Shown: positions 9,771-19,751, counted from the stretch's first letter. The stretch is 64,000 nt of DNA from Myxococcota bacterium (GCA_039028615.1 JBCCHT010000053.1:27802-91801), one strand, 5' to 3'. The notes: generated from the letters alone by a model not told the origin. A program made the numbers and translations.

Positions 9771-10252
9771 CGTGCTCGTCGGGGAATTGGAGCACTGGGT
9801 GCTTGTAGCGGCGCATGAGTCCCCTCCTGCGCGCGACCGGGCCCCTGCCGTGCTGCGCGGGCCCGCCCGACCTGGGCAGCCATGCCGTCCTCGACTCCGA
9901 GCGGCCGTCCGAAAATCGACTCTGAGGCGATGGCTCCGCTCCTGACGCCTACACGACGCAGCGTCCAACTGCAACCAACGACCAGGGCAGAACAAGCCCC
10001 CGAAGCGCCACCACTCTACGCCCCAACAGCGCCCAACGACCCCGGGGCTGCAACCCACCCAAGAGCCCTTCACCGCCCCACGCCCCCCGAGCAACCACCA
10101 ACCAGCGCAGCAGAGCGCACCAGAAGCCCGGAGAGATCCCGCCTTCGAGTTGCGGGGGGCACCCGCGTAGCCGGAAGGGGCCCCCGGTCGCGCGCAGGAG
10201 GGGACTATGCGCCCCTACAAGCACCCAGTGCCCCAATTCCCCGACGAGCACG
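9771..10252. repeat. Inverted pair of ~75-bp dispersed repeat copies (9771-9846 and 10177-10252), REP/MITE-like
   Basis: CGTGCTCGTCGGGGAATTGGAGCACTGGGTGCTTGTAG...CCTGCGCGCGACCGG is the near-perfect reverse complement of CCGGTCGCGCGCAGG...CTACAAGCACCCAGTGCCCCAATTCCCCGACGAGCACG. Confidence 0.9.
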
Positions 10253-10422
10253 TCCGGGGTAGGCGTCTGGCGTCAACAGGGCCCCCCACCCCCCAACGAA
10301 GCCGAGCTCTCCACTCCCCAGGTCCCTCCACTCCCCAGGTCCCTCCACTCAATCAACCTCTCAACCAAAAGGAAAAACGAGAACCGCCCAGCAGCCCTCG
10401 CCCATCCCCAAATTCAGCCCCC

Positions 10423-11472
10423 CTAAAACCGAACCGTAGCCTGCACCCCAAAGTTCGTGAGCGAAGCCGTAGGCGTAATACTCACCCGCTCCAACCGCGG
10501 CCGATTCACCAACAACGAAATCCCACTCGCCAAAAACACCGGCGAAGCCACCAACACCATCAACCCCACCCGAGCGTTCTTCACTTCCCCCAGCGCCTCA
10601 TCCGCCAACGCCAATTCCTCGGGACTCAGCTGCGTCGTCGCCGGATCAAAACTATTCGCAATCCGCAGACTCCGAACCGACCCGAGCCCCACCATCGACG
10701 ACCCCACCGCGATCCCCGTCAGCCCCGCCAACATCGAAGTCGCCCCGAGCCCGATCGCAATCCGCCGCCGCCTCTCGAGCGGCAGCCGAGTCCCTTGCTG
10801 AAGCAGCTGCCCGATCTCCCGAGCACCAAACGCCCCGAACGCCGCCCCGCCGATGCTGAACCCGATCGTCCCGAACAGCCGCCCCGATCGAAGCCCGATG
10901 TCTCCCGCATCGGGCACCGAGCAAGTATTCAGGTCGTTCTGATCGTCACAATCCGGCAACAGCACCGATCGCGCCGTGATCGTACTCGCCGCAGCAAAAC
11001 CCGCGCCGAGCCCCATCAACACCACCGCGTCGACCGGTCGCGCCCGCTTGGGCTTGTCGGGAAAGGGATCGTTGACCCCCTCGCGGCTCATGTAGCGCCG
11101 AGTCGTGGGCGGATTCCACTTCTTCGCGTCCGCCCCCGTCTGCGCCAAGAGCTCCGACGCCGACAGCGTCGTGTCTTCTGGTTCTTCCGATGCCCAGTCG
11201 TCGTCGAGCATCATGATCTCGTCCCCGTCTTCGTCGAGGATGACGATCTCGTCCCCGTCGTCGTCGTAGATGACGCCGCTTTCGTCGGCCTGCTCTGCAC
11301 TTCCTCGCGGCTGCAGCGGCACGGAGGCCTCGTGTTCATGCTCGTGATCGTGGCCATGACCGTGACCGCCGGGGTGCCCCCACGCGGTCGCGGAGGTGAA
11401 CGCAACGGCCATCCCCACGAAGCACGCGAGAGACGAAGGGCGAAACCAACGATGAATCCGATGACGCGACAA
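10423..11472 (-). CDS. Hypothetical exported/membrane protein with a His-rich N-terminus, Gly-rich hydrophobic helices and a C-terminal beta-signal-like end
   Basis: Signal peptide (...FTSATAWG), HGHGHDHEHEH, acidic linker, several hydrophobic segments, ends GVQATVRF; start uncertain (TTG at 11472 or a downstream ATG). Confidence 0.75.
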   Translation of the reverse strand: MSRHRIHRWFRPSSLACFVGMAVAFTSATAWGHPGGHGHGHDHEHEHEASVPLQPRGSAEQADESGVIYDDDGDEIVILDEDGDEIMMLDDDWASEEPEDTTLSASELLAQTGADAKKWNPPTTRRYMSREGVNDPFPDKPKRARPVDAVVLMGLGAGFAAASTITARSVLLPDCDDQNDLNTCSVPDAGDIGLRSGRLFGTIGFSIGGAAFGAFGAREIGQLLQQGTRLPLERRRRIAIGLGATSMLAGLTGIAVGSSMVGLGSVRSLRIANSFDPATTQLSPEELALADEALGEVKNARVGLMVLVASPVFLASGISLLVNRPRLERVSITPTASLTNFGVQATVRF

Positions 11473-11794
11473 TGATCTGTTTCTCTTCCGGGGGCGAACG
11501 ACTCTGTGAATGAGTTGCCCCGAAGCGGCAGAACATTGCTGAATTCTTTTTTCTAGAAGAGATCCGTAATGAAGGGCGGTTGAGGTGACGAGGCAATTGC
11601 AGTGTTCGCCGCGCCGCTGCGGTTTGTGCCGGCAATTTTCGCCGGCGTTCGAACGAAGTTCGGGCCGCGCATCCACTCGGGTCTCGAGGGATGGCGGCCC
11701 GACCAAGTCGGCATCGCGGGGCTTTTTGTTTCGACGAGCGGATGGCCCGAGTCTCGGCTAGACCCGGGCCACCACGCGATTAGGGCTCTTTCGG

Positions 11795-12241
11795 CTACGG
11801 AGCGAGGCGTGTACGAAGCTTGGAGAGGATCTCCTCTTCGCGGGCGCTGCTCTCGGGCTCGGCGAGCTGGTTGCGAATGAGCGTATCGAGGACGTTCTCG
11901 CGCTCCGGGTGTGGCGGAAGGTGCTCCGACAGGCCGAGCTTGCGGCTGGCGAGGACCTTCAGGAAGGGCTCGATCTTGCGGATCTCTTGTGCGATCCGCA
12001 TGGTTACGGCTTTACCTTCGCCACGACGGGCGGGGTACTTGGGTGCACATCGTTCGACTGCGGCAACGAGATCGCGTGCGAGCTCGAGGTCGACTTTGTC
12101 TTCAACGCCGAAGCTGGCTACGACAATCGGTCGGCTCTGCGCCTTCCGGGTGCCGTCGCCGGACCACCAAACGTTGTGTGCGATGGAGAGGTAGGTGCGG
12201 CGGGTGTCGCCACATCGGACTCGGTTCCTGCGTAGGTACAT
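11795..12241 (-). CDS. Small protein resembling the N-terminal region of IS1634-family transposases
   Basis: MYLRRNRVRCGDTRRTYLSIAHNVWW...PIVVASFG matches the MYLR...Y(L)xLAHNxW...(V)xxxFG pattern of IS1634 N-termini; G-rich RBS-like sequence upstream; no DDE domain follows. Confidence 0.65.
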   Translation of the reverse strand: MYLRRNRVRCGDTRRTYLSIAHNVWWSGDGTRKAQSRPIVVASFGVEDKVDLELARDLVAAVERCAPKYPARRGEGKAVTMRIAQEIRKIEPFLKVLASRKLGLSEHLPPHPERENVLDTLIRNQLAEPESSAREEEILSKLRTRLAP

Positions 12242-12632
12242 TGCTAATCCCCGTGGTTGAGGGCCTGGATGGGTCTTCTCACCACCGGCCTTGCTGGTCG
12301 TCTGGTTCGACGGACGCCCAGTGCAAAGCTTCAATCGCTCGAGAGACGGCTCGTCGGTGTGTTGCAGGCTGCAACACCTCTAAAAGCCACCCAGAGGCCA
12401 TAAAAAGCACGAATTCCAGGCTAGCCCGGGCTTGGGCGTGCGGCCACTCGCATTTGCTCTTGGGAAATGTATCTATTGGGAATCATTGATCAAAAATATT
12501 GACAGTGGTGGAGCTTACCCCCGTGGAAACCCTTGATGGAAACCCCTGACACCCGCGACACGCCCGATGCGCCAGTGGTTTGAAAAACCGGGTCTCACTT
12601 CGAGCGTTTTGGATTGCTACGGTGTCGATTAA

Positions 12633-13688
12633 ATGAAGATCACCCGCGTCTTTGCGACCGTCTTCGTCGCCGCGTTTGCCACCGCATGCAAGCCCACAGA
12701 AGGTGCAACCGCGACGCCCGGGGACGTGAACGCCGATGGTCCGGTGGTGGCCACTGCGCCAACCGAAGCACCGTCGACGGGTGACGATCAGGGCCGCGAC
12801 AATCAGCCGCAGATCGATGACGAAGGGCCGTCGGACGATCTCGCGCCGTCGGGGAATTCCGACCCGAATCCCTATATCGCCCCACTTCTCCGCCACGCAG
12901 GAGATCTCACCGTGCACGCTCCACCACAGGCGCGCACCGACTTCATCGCGGGACGACTTCGCTCCCACATCGAGGGCGCGCTGTCCAAGGGTCGGGGCCG
13001 AGTGTGGGTCGGACCCCAGGTGCCGGGCTTCGTCGTACTGATGGAAGGGAGCATGGAGCTCTTCCTGCTCGACCGTGTGGGCGACGAATTCCTCGCCTTT
13101 TATCGCGACCCCTACGGCGCGGGCAGCTGCCAGCTCGGTGACGAGACAAACTGTCACTTCTTCGCACGCCTGTACGACATCGAGGGGAAGGTGCAGTGGG
13201 AGCGACCGCTGCACGAGGCGCTGTCGGCCCCGAGCTACCTCGAGATCCAGGACGTTCGCTACGCCGACGGCACGCTGTACTTCAACGAGGCGTGTCAGAG
13301 CTACTCGCGCCGGGTCAAGGGCAAGTGCTCCTCGCTCGTCGCCATGGACCCGACCACGGGTGAGGTCCGCTGGCGCACCGATCCCTTGGTGTCCAACGGC
13401 GAGTTCCTCGTGCACGGCGACTACATCATCAGCGGCTACGGCTTCACCGAAGAGCGCGACCACGTGTTCGTGGTCTCTCGTGCGGACGGGACGATCGAGC
13501 AGCGGATCAAGGTGCCCAAGTCACCCGAGACCTTCGCCGTGAGCGAAGACGACGGCGTGCTCGAAGTGCGGATCTATTCCTCGCCCGCGCGAGTGTTTTC
13601 CATGAAGGACTGGGACACCGAGCGGCCGCGGCTGGTCGAGCTGGGCCGCGCGTCGGGAGGCAAGGGAAAGTCCCGGCGCCGCCGCTGA
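12633..13688 (+). CDS. Lipoprotein with PQQ-like beta-propeller repeats
   Basis: FATAC lipobox; LVAMDPTTGEVRWRT and FVVSRADGTI propeller blades. Confidence 0.8.
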   Translation: MKITRVFATVFVAAFATACKPTEGATATPGDVNADGPVVATAPTEAPSTGDDQGRDNQPQIDDEGPSDDLAPSGNSDPNPYIAPLLRHAGDLTVHAPPQARTDFIAGRLRSHIEGALSKGRGRVWVGPQVPGFVVLMEGSMELFLLDRVGDEFLAFYRDPYGAGSCQLGDETNCHFFARLYDIEGKVQWERPLHEALSAPSYLEIQDVRYADGTLYFNEACQSYSRRVKGKCSSLVAMDPTTGEVRWRTDPLVSNGEFLVHGDYIISGYGFTEERDHVFVVSRADGTIEQRIKVPKSPETFAVSEDDGVLEVRIYSSPARVFSMKDWDTERPRLVELGRASGGKGKSRRRR

Positions 13689-13848
13689 GGCCGGTCTGGC
13701 TGGGCACCGAGCCCCGCGCAATCGGCGTCCCGAGCACGATTGGGGACTTTGTCGCGCCCTGCGATCGTTGGTTGTAGGCTGCGGCGGACCCGAGCCTGCT
13801 CGGGGGTGTCGCGGGCTTCCGAAGCCCCTGCCGAGACGAGACACGCAC

Positions 13849-15042
13849 GTGAGACGCTCTGCTCTTTCCCGAGTCGTTCCGATGGGCCCGCTGTGGGCAC
13901 TGGCCCTGGCCGCCTGTTCGCCGCTGTCGGACACCACGACCGACAACGACCCCCCGACGGGCGCGACCCCGAGCCCGGCCGCTGCCAAGCCCAAGCCCGC
14001 GCCGGCCGACGACGCCGAGGTCGCCCACGCCGACGGCACCAAGACTCCCGCCGCGGAGGCGGCACCCGAGCCCGAGCCCGAGCCCGAGCCCGCGGTCGTC
14101 GACCCGCTCGCACCGCTGCCCGCCGAGGTCGCCGATCGCTTCGCCAACCTCCCGAGAGACCCTCGTCCCGACTCGCTGATCCGCAACTCGCACTACTGGA
14201 TCTCCAACGAGCTCAACCAGCAGCTTTGGTACGACCACATCCAGGATCAAGGCGGGGCGTATCTCGGAGTCGGCACCGACCAGAACTACATGCTGGCGGG
14301 TTGGGCCAAGTCCGACCTCATCGTGGTCGTCGACTTCGACCTTTCGATCATCGACCTGCATCGCGTCTACACCCTCTTCTTCGAAGAGGCCGACACCTTC
14401 GAGGACTTCATCTCGCGCTGGTCGGCCGACCGTGAAGAGGAAGGCCTGGCCCTCATCGACGAGCGCTACGCCGAGCGGCCCGACTACGAGCGCATCCGCA
14501 AGGCCTACAAGATCGCCCGGCAGCTGGTCTCCGCCCGGCTCCGCAACGTTCGCAAGGCCTACGACAAGCGGGGCATCCCCACCTTCGTCAGCGACCAGGC
14601 CCAGTACGAGCACATCCGCACCTTGTCTCGCAACGGGCGGATCTACGCCGTGCGCGGGGACTTCACCGCCGACGAGACGATGGTGGCGGTGCGCAAGGCG
14701 ATGGCCGACTCCGGCTTTGCCTTCAACGTGATCTACTTGAGCAACGTCGAGCAATACATCGACTACACCCCCGAGTTCCGTCGCAACCTGGGCGGCCTGC
14801 CCGTGGGCGACAAGGGCGTCGTGGTGCGTACGCTGGGCTGGAGCGCGTTCGGCTTCGCCGAGGGCGAGGAGTACCACTACAACGTGCAGCCCCTGCCCAA
14901 GTTCGTGCAGTGGCTCAATGAGAGTCGCACCAAGAACTTGCCCGCGATGCTCCATCACCGCACTCGAGTCGACACCGTGGGGCTGTCGCTGCTCGACGGC
15001 GAGGTGAAGGTGTCCAAGCGGCCGCCCGTGGTCGCCGAGTGA
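13849..15042 (+). CDS. Uncharacterised lipoprotein (LIC_10091-like, possible SAM-binding fold)
   Basis: LAAC lipobox, Pro/Glu linker, YWISNE...GGAYLGVGTDQNY...IYLSNVEQY motifs; start uncertain (13849 or 13882). Confidence 0.7.
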   Translation: MRRSALSRVVPMGPLWALALAACSPLSDTTTDNDPPTGATPSPAAAKPKPAPADDAEVAHADGTKTPAAEAAPEPEPEPEPAVVDPLAPLPAEVADRFANLPRDPRPDSLIRNSHYWISNELNQQLWYDHIQDQGGAYLGVGTDQNYMLAGWAKSDLIVVVDFDLSIIDLHRVYTLFFEEADTFEDFISRWSADREEEGLALIDERYAERPDYERIRKAYKIARQLVSARLRNVRKAYDKRGIPTFVSDQAQYEHIRTLSRNGRIYAVRGDFTADETMVAVRKAMADSGFAFNVIYLSNVEQYIDYTPEFRRNLGGLPVGDKGVVVRTLGWSAFGFAEGEEYHYNVQPLPKFVQWLNESRTKNLPAMLHHRTRVDTVGLSLLDGEVKVSKRPPVVAE

Positions 15043-16424
15043 GGCACGCGGGGTCGAGCCGACCGCGGTGGGCCCTGGGCCCGGGCTTGGCCCTAGCCCT
15101 GGCGGCCTGCTCCGGCTCCGCGCCGCCCAGCGGCCCGGCGACGGCGCCCGTGGCCCACGTCGAGCCCGTCGACGACCCGGTCGAGACCGACGACCCCAGT
15201 CCAGACAGTCCCGCTCAGGCGAGCGCACAGACGCCCGAGGAGCCCGCAGCCGAGCCCGAGCCCGCGCCGCCCGTCGAAGATCCCTGGCTGCGCGATCTGC
15301 TGGCCGCGCGACCCCAGCGATTCGGCACGGTGCTCGAGGACCCGGCACGCTACCGGCTCCAGATCCTCGTGACCGTGATCCAGCCGGGCGCAGACGGACC
15401 GACCGTCGTCGAGCACCCCTATCGCGTCGACGCCGAGTACGTCTATCCCGCGTCCGCCATCAAGACCTTCGCCGCCGTCGGAGCCCTCAAGGTGCTCGCC
15501 GAGCTGCGCGGGCAGGGGCATCGCGTCGGGCTCGACACGCCGCTGGCGTACTGCGAGGGCGAAAAGGGTCCCTGCGACATCGAGACCGACGACTCCAACG
15601 TCGACAGCGGCACGATCACCGTCGGGCACGAGATCCGCAAGATGCAGCTCGTGTCCAACAACGTGTCGTTCAATCGGCTCTACGAGCTGGTCGGGCACCG
15701 CGAGCTCAACGAGATGATGTGGGCCATGGGGTTTTCCACCCTGCGGGTCCAGCATCGGATGTACGGGGTCAAGGATCCCGCGATGCAGCGGATCACGCCG
15801 CGGATCGAGCTACGGCCCCGACGCGGCAAGAAGGTTCTCGTGCCGCGGCGGGTCAGCGATCTCGAGATGCCGCCCGCCGAGTTCGACGAGCTCGAGCTCG
15901 GCATCGCGTACATCGACGACGCGCTGGACGAGCGCGTGGAGACGCCGCTGGACTTCAGCACCAAGAACTACGTCTCCATTCGCGACCTGCATGCCCTCGC
16001 GCTGGCCATCGCTCGGCCCGGCCTGCCCGGCGTGCCCGATCTGAAGCTCACCAAGAAGCACCGCGCTCACCTCGTCGCCGCGATGGCCGACAACCCGGCC
16101 GAGTCCGACAACCCGGTCTACCCCGACATGCGCAACGGTCTGCGCTACAAGACGATGATCGGGGGCATGAGCAAGGTCGTGCCGCTGCCCCGGATCCGCT
16201 ACGTCGGCAAGGCCGGGCGCGCCTACGGATTCCACCTCGATAACGCCTATGTCGAAGATCGGCAGACCCACCGTGCGATGGCGATTACGGTGGTGATCTA
16301 TGCCAATGAAAACCGTGTGCTCAACGACAACGTCTATGAGTACGATGGTGTGACGCGTCCCTTCTTGAAGGCCCTGGGCCGGACGCTCGCGCAAGCCGTG
16401 TTCGTCGACGGCAGTGGTGTCTAG
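15039..16424 (+). CDS. Serine hydrolase lipoprotein, class A beta-lactamase/PBP-like
   Basis: YPASAIK (SxxK), VSNN (SxN) and GKAG (KTG-like) motifs; LAAC lipobox; GTGA overlap with the upstream gene. Confidence 0.85.
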   Translation: MRHAGSSRPRWALGPGLALALAACSGSAPPSGPATAPVAHVEPVDDPVETDDPSPDSPAQASAQTPEEPAAEPEPAPPVEDPWLRDLLAARPQRFGTVLEDPARYRLQILVTVIQPGADGPTVVEHPYRVDAEYVYPASAIKTFAAVGALKVLAELRGQGHRVGLDTPLAYCEGEKGPCDIETDDSNVDSGTITVGHEIRKMQLVSNNVSFNRLYELVGHRELNEMMWAMGFSTLRVQHRMYGVKDPAMQRITPRIELRPRRGKKVLVPRRVSDLEMPPAEFDELELGIAYIDDALDERVETPLDFSTKNYVSIRDLHALALAIARPGLPGVPDLKLTKKHRAHLVAAMADNPAESDNPVYPDMRNGLRYKTMIGGMSKVVPLPRIRYVGKAGRAYGFHLDNAYVEDRQTHRAMAITVVIYANENRVLNDNVYEYDGVTRPFLKALGRTLAQAVFVDGSGV

Positions 16425-16487
16425 AAGCGAGCGAACGCACGATACCGCCTCAGTGCACTTTGCCGTCAGTCGCGAGACTCTGGCGGC

Positions 16488-18110
16488 ATGCGGAATGGAT
16501 ACTCGAAACTCGTGGGTATGGGGGCAGTGCTGTGCGCCCTGAGCCTCGGCTGTAACGACGGCTCGTCATCGAGCCCCTTCGACACCAACGCGAGTTCCGG
16601 CGGCAACGCACCTCCGGCCACCAGCGCAGCGAGTTCGGACGGTCCCGCCGACGAGACCGCGGGCGCCCTGCTCGACCTGGCCAATGGCGACATTCCGCCG
16701 CCTCCGCTGCCCACCTGCGAGATCGTCGACGGCATGGATGCGGTGGGCGACTGCAGCGACGAGGCGCCCGCCGATTCCTTCGATCCCGAGGTGCAGTGGT
16801 CGTGGAACGGACCGGCCTCCAGCGTCACCCCGCTGGTCATCAACCTCACCGACGACGACGGCGACGGCAACCCCACGCCCTGCGACATCCCGGACATCGT
16901 GGTGACCACCGAGGGCGGGAGCATCGTGGTGCTCGACGGCGAGACCGGGGCCGAGCACTTCACCATTCCCACCCTCGTCAACGGGCAGGTGACTCCGGCC
17001 GCGGGCGACATCGACGGGGACGGCCTGCCCGAGATCGTCTCGGCCGTCGGCTTCCCGCTGACTCCGCTCGCGCTCGTGGCCTTCGAGCACGACGGCACCC
17101 TCAAGTGGCAGACCGAGCCCGTCTGGGAGCAAGACCAGGGGGGCGCCCTCGCCATCGCCGACCTCGACAACGACGGCTCGCCCGAGGTGTTCGCCGAGGG
17201 CATCATCGTGAGCGCCGACGGCATGGTGCGCTTCGACGCGCCCGCGCAGACGGGGTGGTTCATCGGTCAGCGCAACACCGCGTCGATCGCCGCCGACCTC
17301 GATGGCGACGAAGACCTCGAGGTCATCTTGGGGCAGTCCGCCTACCACCACGACGGCACCCTCTATTACGAGCTGCCCGAGGTCGTGCCCGGCTACCCGC
17401 AGGTCGCCAACCTCGACGGCGACGACGACCCGGAGATCATCGTCAACAACGACCAGGGGATCACCATCCTCGAGCACGACGGCACGATCAAGAACTTGAA
17501 CATGCGGCCCACCGGAGACCCGGCGGGCTTCGGCGCGTGGTTTCGGCCCGCCACCGTGCACGACTTCGACGGCGACCAGGTCTCCGAGTTCGCGGTCAGC
17601 TCCGCGTCGAGCTACAGCGTCTTCGAGCCCAACCTCATCGTCAATTGGAGCACGCCCGTGCAGGACGGCAGCGGGTGGGCGGCAGGGACCGCCTTCGACT
17701 TCCTCGGCGACGGGGGAGCGGAGGCCATGTACGCCGACGAGAGCACGCTGTTCGTCTTCGACGACACGGGCAACGTCGTGCTCTCCGTGCCGCGGAGCTC
17801 CCGGACCCTCATCGAGTATCCCGTGGTGGCCGACGTCGACAACGACGGCTCCGCGGAGATCGTGGTGGTCTCGAGCAACGACTGGGACGACAACCAGACC
17901 TCGCCCACCGTACAGGTCATTCGCGACGCCGAAGATCGCTGGATTCAAGCGCGGAGGATCTGGAACCAGCACACCTATCACGTCACCAACGTGCGAGAGG
18001 ACGGCACCATCCCCGAGGTCGAGCCGCCGAGCTGGCGTCTGCTCAACACCTATCGCACCAACGCGCAGATCGAAGGCGGCATCGTCTGCCAGCCGCCCGT
18101 CGAGGGCTGA
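16488..18110 (+). CDS. FG-GAP/VCBS-repeat lipoprotein (beta-propeller)
   Basis: Repeated D[LI]DxDGxxE[IV] Ca-binding motifs; ARRIWNQHTYHVTNVREDG; LSLGC lipobox. Confidence 0.9.
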   Translation: MRNGYSKLVGMGAVLCALSLGCNDGSSSSPFDTNASSGGNAPPATSAASSDGPADETAGALLDLANGDIPPPPLPTCEIVDGMDAVGDCSDEAPADSFDPEVQWSWNGPASSVTPLVINLTDDDGDGNPTPCDIPDIVVTTEGGSIVVLDGETGAEHFTIPTLVNGQVTPAAGDIDGDGLPEIVSAVGFPLTPLALVAFEHDGTLKWQTEPVWEQDQGGALAIADLDNDGSPEVFAEGIIVSADGMVRFDAPAQTGWFIGQRNTASIAADLDGDEDLEVILGQSAYHHDGTLYYELPEVVPGYPQVANLDGDDDPEIIVNNDQGITILEHDGTIKNLNMRPTGDPAGFGAWFRPATVHDFDGDQVSEFAVSSASSYSVFEPNLIVNWSTPVQDGSGWAAGTAFDFLGDGGAEAMYADESTLFVFDDTGNVVLSVPRSSRTLIEYPVVADVDNDGSAEIVVVSSNDWDDNQTSPTVQVIRDAEDRWIQARRIWNQHTYHVTNVREDGTIPEVEPPSWRLLNTYRTNAQIEGGIVCQPPVEG

Positions 18111-18113
18111 GCC

Positions 18114-18755
18114 TCAGGCGCCCGGCATCGAGTCGAGCTGGGTCACCAGCGAGGTCGGGTCGACCACCGTCAAGGTCGGCCCGCTTCGTCGCAGCTTCAC
18201 CGGGTCGTTGCGATCTTGGAACAGCACCAGGTTGTGCAGGCGGGGGAAGCCGGGGTGAAAGACCGGCCCCAGCGCGGTGGGGACCTTGATCCCGTCGCAA
18301 TCGGGCCGCTGACGGATCGCGTCGCCCAGCATCTGCGTCTGCGACGGGGCGCCCGCCGCATTGAGCCCCGTTCGCACCACCCCCGGCTGGACCAGGTCGT
18401 GCTGATCGATGCCCAGCGCGTTTCGGACCACCACGTTGGTCAGGTCCAAAAGCTTCGCGCCCACCACCTCGACCCCGCACATCAGGCGGGTAGGCGTGCC
18501 TTGGATGAGGCCGGCGAGCAGCAAGTCTTGCTCGACTTCGAAACTCGCTAGAGTTTGGGAACCGGCCAAATATAGGGTTGGTGCACTCCCGGGTGAATTG
18601 TATCGACCCCCCAAAGTACCCGCATGTTCACCGCTGAGGAACTTGGCGCGCTCGATCTGCATGAGCGCAGTGACCAGCACCGACCGATAGTAGGTCTCCG
18701 TGCCCTGCACCTCGAGTAACGGTACTCGGGCGAGTGCGCCAAGCTGAAGGCTCAT
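18114..18755 (-). CDS. RES-domain toxin (NAD+ phosphorylase-like)
   Basis: YYR...GGRYNSPG..TLYLA....A..E...DGIKVPT...NLVLF RES motifs; directly downstream of an Xre/MbcA-like gene. Confidence 0.85.
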   Translation of the reverse strand: MSLQLGALARVPLLEVQGTETYYRSVLVTALMQIERAKFLSGEHAGTLGGRYNSPGSAPTLYLAGSQTLASFEVEQDLLLAGLIQGTPTRLMCGVEVVGAKLLDLTNVVVRNALGIDQHDLVQPGVVRTGLNAAGAPSQTQMLGDAIRQRPDCDGIKVPTALGPVFHPGFPRLHNLVLFQDRNDPVKLRRSGPTLTVVDPTSLVTQLDSMPGA

Positions 18756-18807
18756 GGACGTCGTTCGGTCCTCCGAAACGGGTGATGTGGGGCCGGACCA
18801 CCCACGC

Positions 18808-19311
18808 TCAGGCGTGGCTGGTACCGGCGGGGGCGGCCGCAAGCGGCATCTCTTCGGCGGTCATCGGCATCGGGGAGGGGGACATGCCCGCGCCTCCCAT
18901 GGCGATTGCCAACAACATGTCGATGAGCGTGCGCCCTTGCTGGTTTTGAATGACTTGCAGCGGATTCCGCCCGCCGAACGTGGGGCTGGGCGTACGAAAC
19001 CACGATTGTGCAGTTTCGGGGGAATAGCCAAAGTCGCTCAAGAGGCCGACCAGCTCGACCAACTCGTTCGCCACCCGGCGTGCGCCGTCGTGCCGAAAGA
19101 GTACCGACTCCTTGCCAAAGTTGCGGGCGACCGACTCGGTGCGTTGGCCAGTGGCCTCGGCGAACTCGGCGGGTCGCAGGTTCAACCATTGAGCGACCTC
19201 TCCCAGACGTATCTCGCCCGTCGGGGTGACGAACTTGGAGCTGTTCGCCGCGAGTCGTAGGACGAGGTCGGTCATGACAGTGATCGTAGAGCTCGGGTGG
19301 AGCTCGCTCAA
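18808..19311 (-). CDS. Xre/MbcA/ParS-type antitoxin
   Basis: HTH-like segment followed by AQSWFRTPSPTFGGRNPLQVI, the MbcA/ParS C-terminal signature; start uncertain. Confidence 0.8.
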   Translation of the reverse strand: MSELHPSSTITVMTDLVLRLAANSSKFVTPTGEIRLGEVAQWLNLRPAEFAEATGQRTESVARNFGKESVLFRHDGARRVANELVELVGLLSDFGYSPETAQSWFRTPSPTFGGRNPLQVIQNQQGRTLIDMLLAIAMGGAGMSPSPMPMTAEEMPLAAAPAGTSHA

Positions 19312-19632
19312 GATGGAGTCGGCGCTGCTCGCGGGGGGCGGGCATGCGATGGGGTTAGTTTACGACGAGGGGTGGGCGAGTCAAAGACTAGTTGTGGGCT
19401 AGTGCTGGGAGTGGAGGTGGTGGGGTCGCTCGCGAGGTTAAGATACTGGGATCAAACGGGAATTGTGTGAAGTTGGTCGGTTGTGTGCTTTGGGGGTAAG
19501 GGGGCGCTCTGAACGCGGGGAGTGGGTTTGCTGCTCGGTTTGGATTTCTTGGGGGTGGGGTTGGGTGGTTGCGTAGGTGGTGCTTGTTCGAACGAACGGC
19601 TTGCCTGCTTAACGGCTGGCACCCCTCCCGCA

Positions 19633-19750
19633 CGTGCTCGCGGCGATGTTGCATCTGGGTGCTTGTAGGAACGGGTCGTCGCCGCTGTGCGCGAGCGGGC
19701 CCCTCCCATCCTGCGCGGCTTCGCTTCAGCCCTCCCCCCACTCGGTCCCC
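19633..19750. repeat. Third, diverged copy of the dispersed repeat seen at 9771 and 10177
   Basis: CGTGCTCG...CTGGGTGCTTGTAG (19655-19668)...GCGCGAGCGGGCCCCT is colinear with the 9771 copy. Confidence 0.8.
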
Positions 19751-19751
19751 C

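Noticed and set aside
11795..12334. Intact IS1634 insertion sequence
   Set aside because: No catalytic DDE region or terminal inverted repeats recognised; only N-terminal similarity
12499..12504. TTGACA sigma70 -35 box
   Set aside because: No matching -10 hexamer at 16-18 bp spacing, so a promoter cannot be called
18752..19345. Alternative or frameshifted antitoxin ORF whose stop overlaps the toxin ATG
   Set aside because: The translation has no recognisable motifs; the 18808-19311 frame carries the full MbcA/ParS signature
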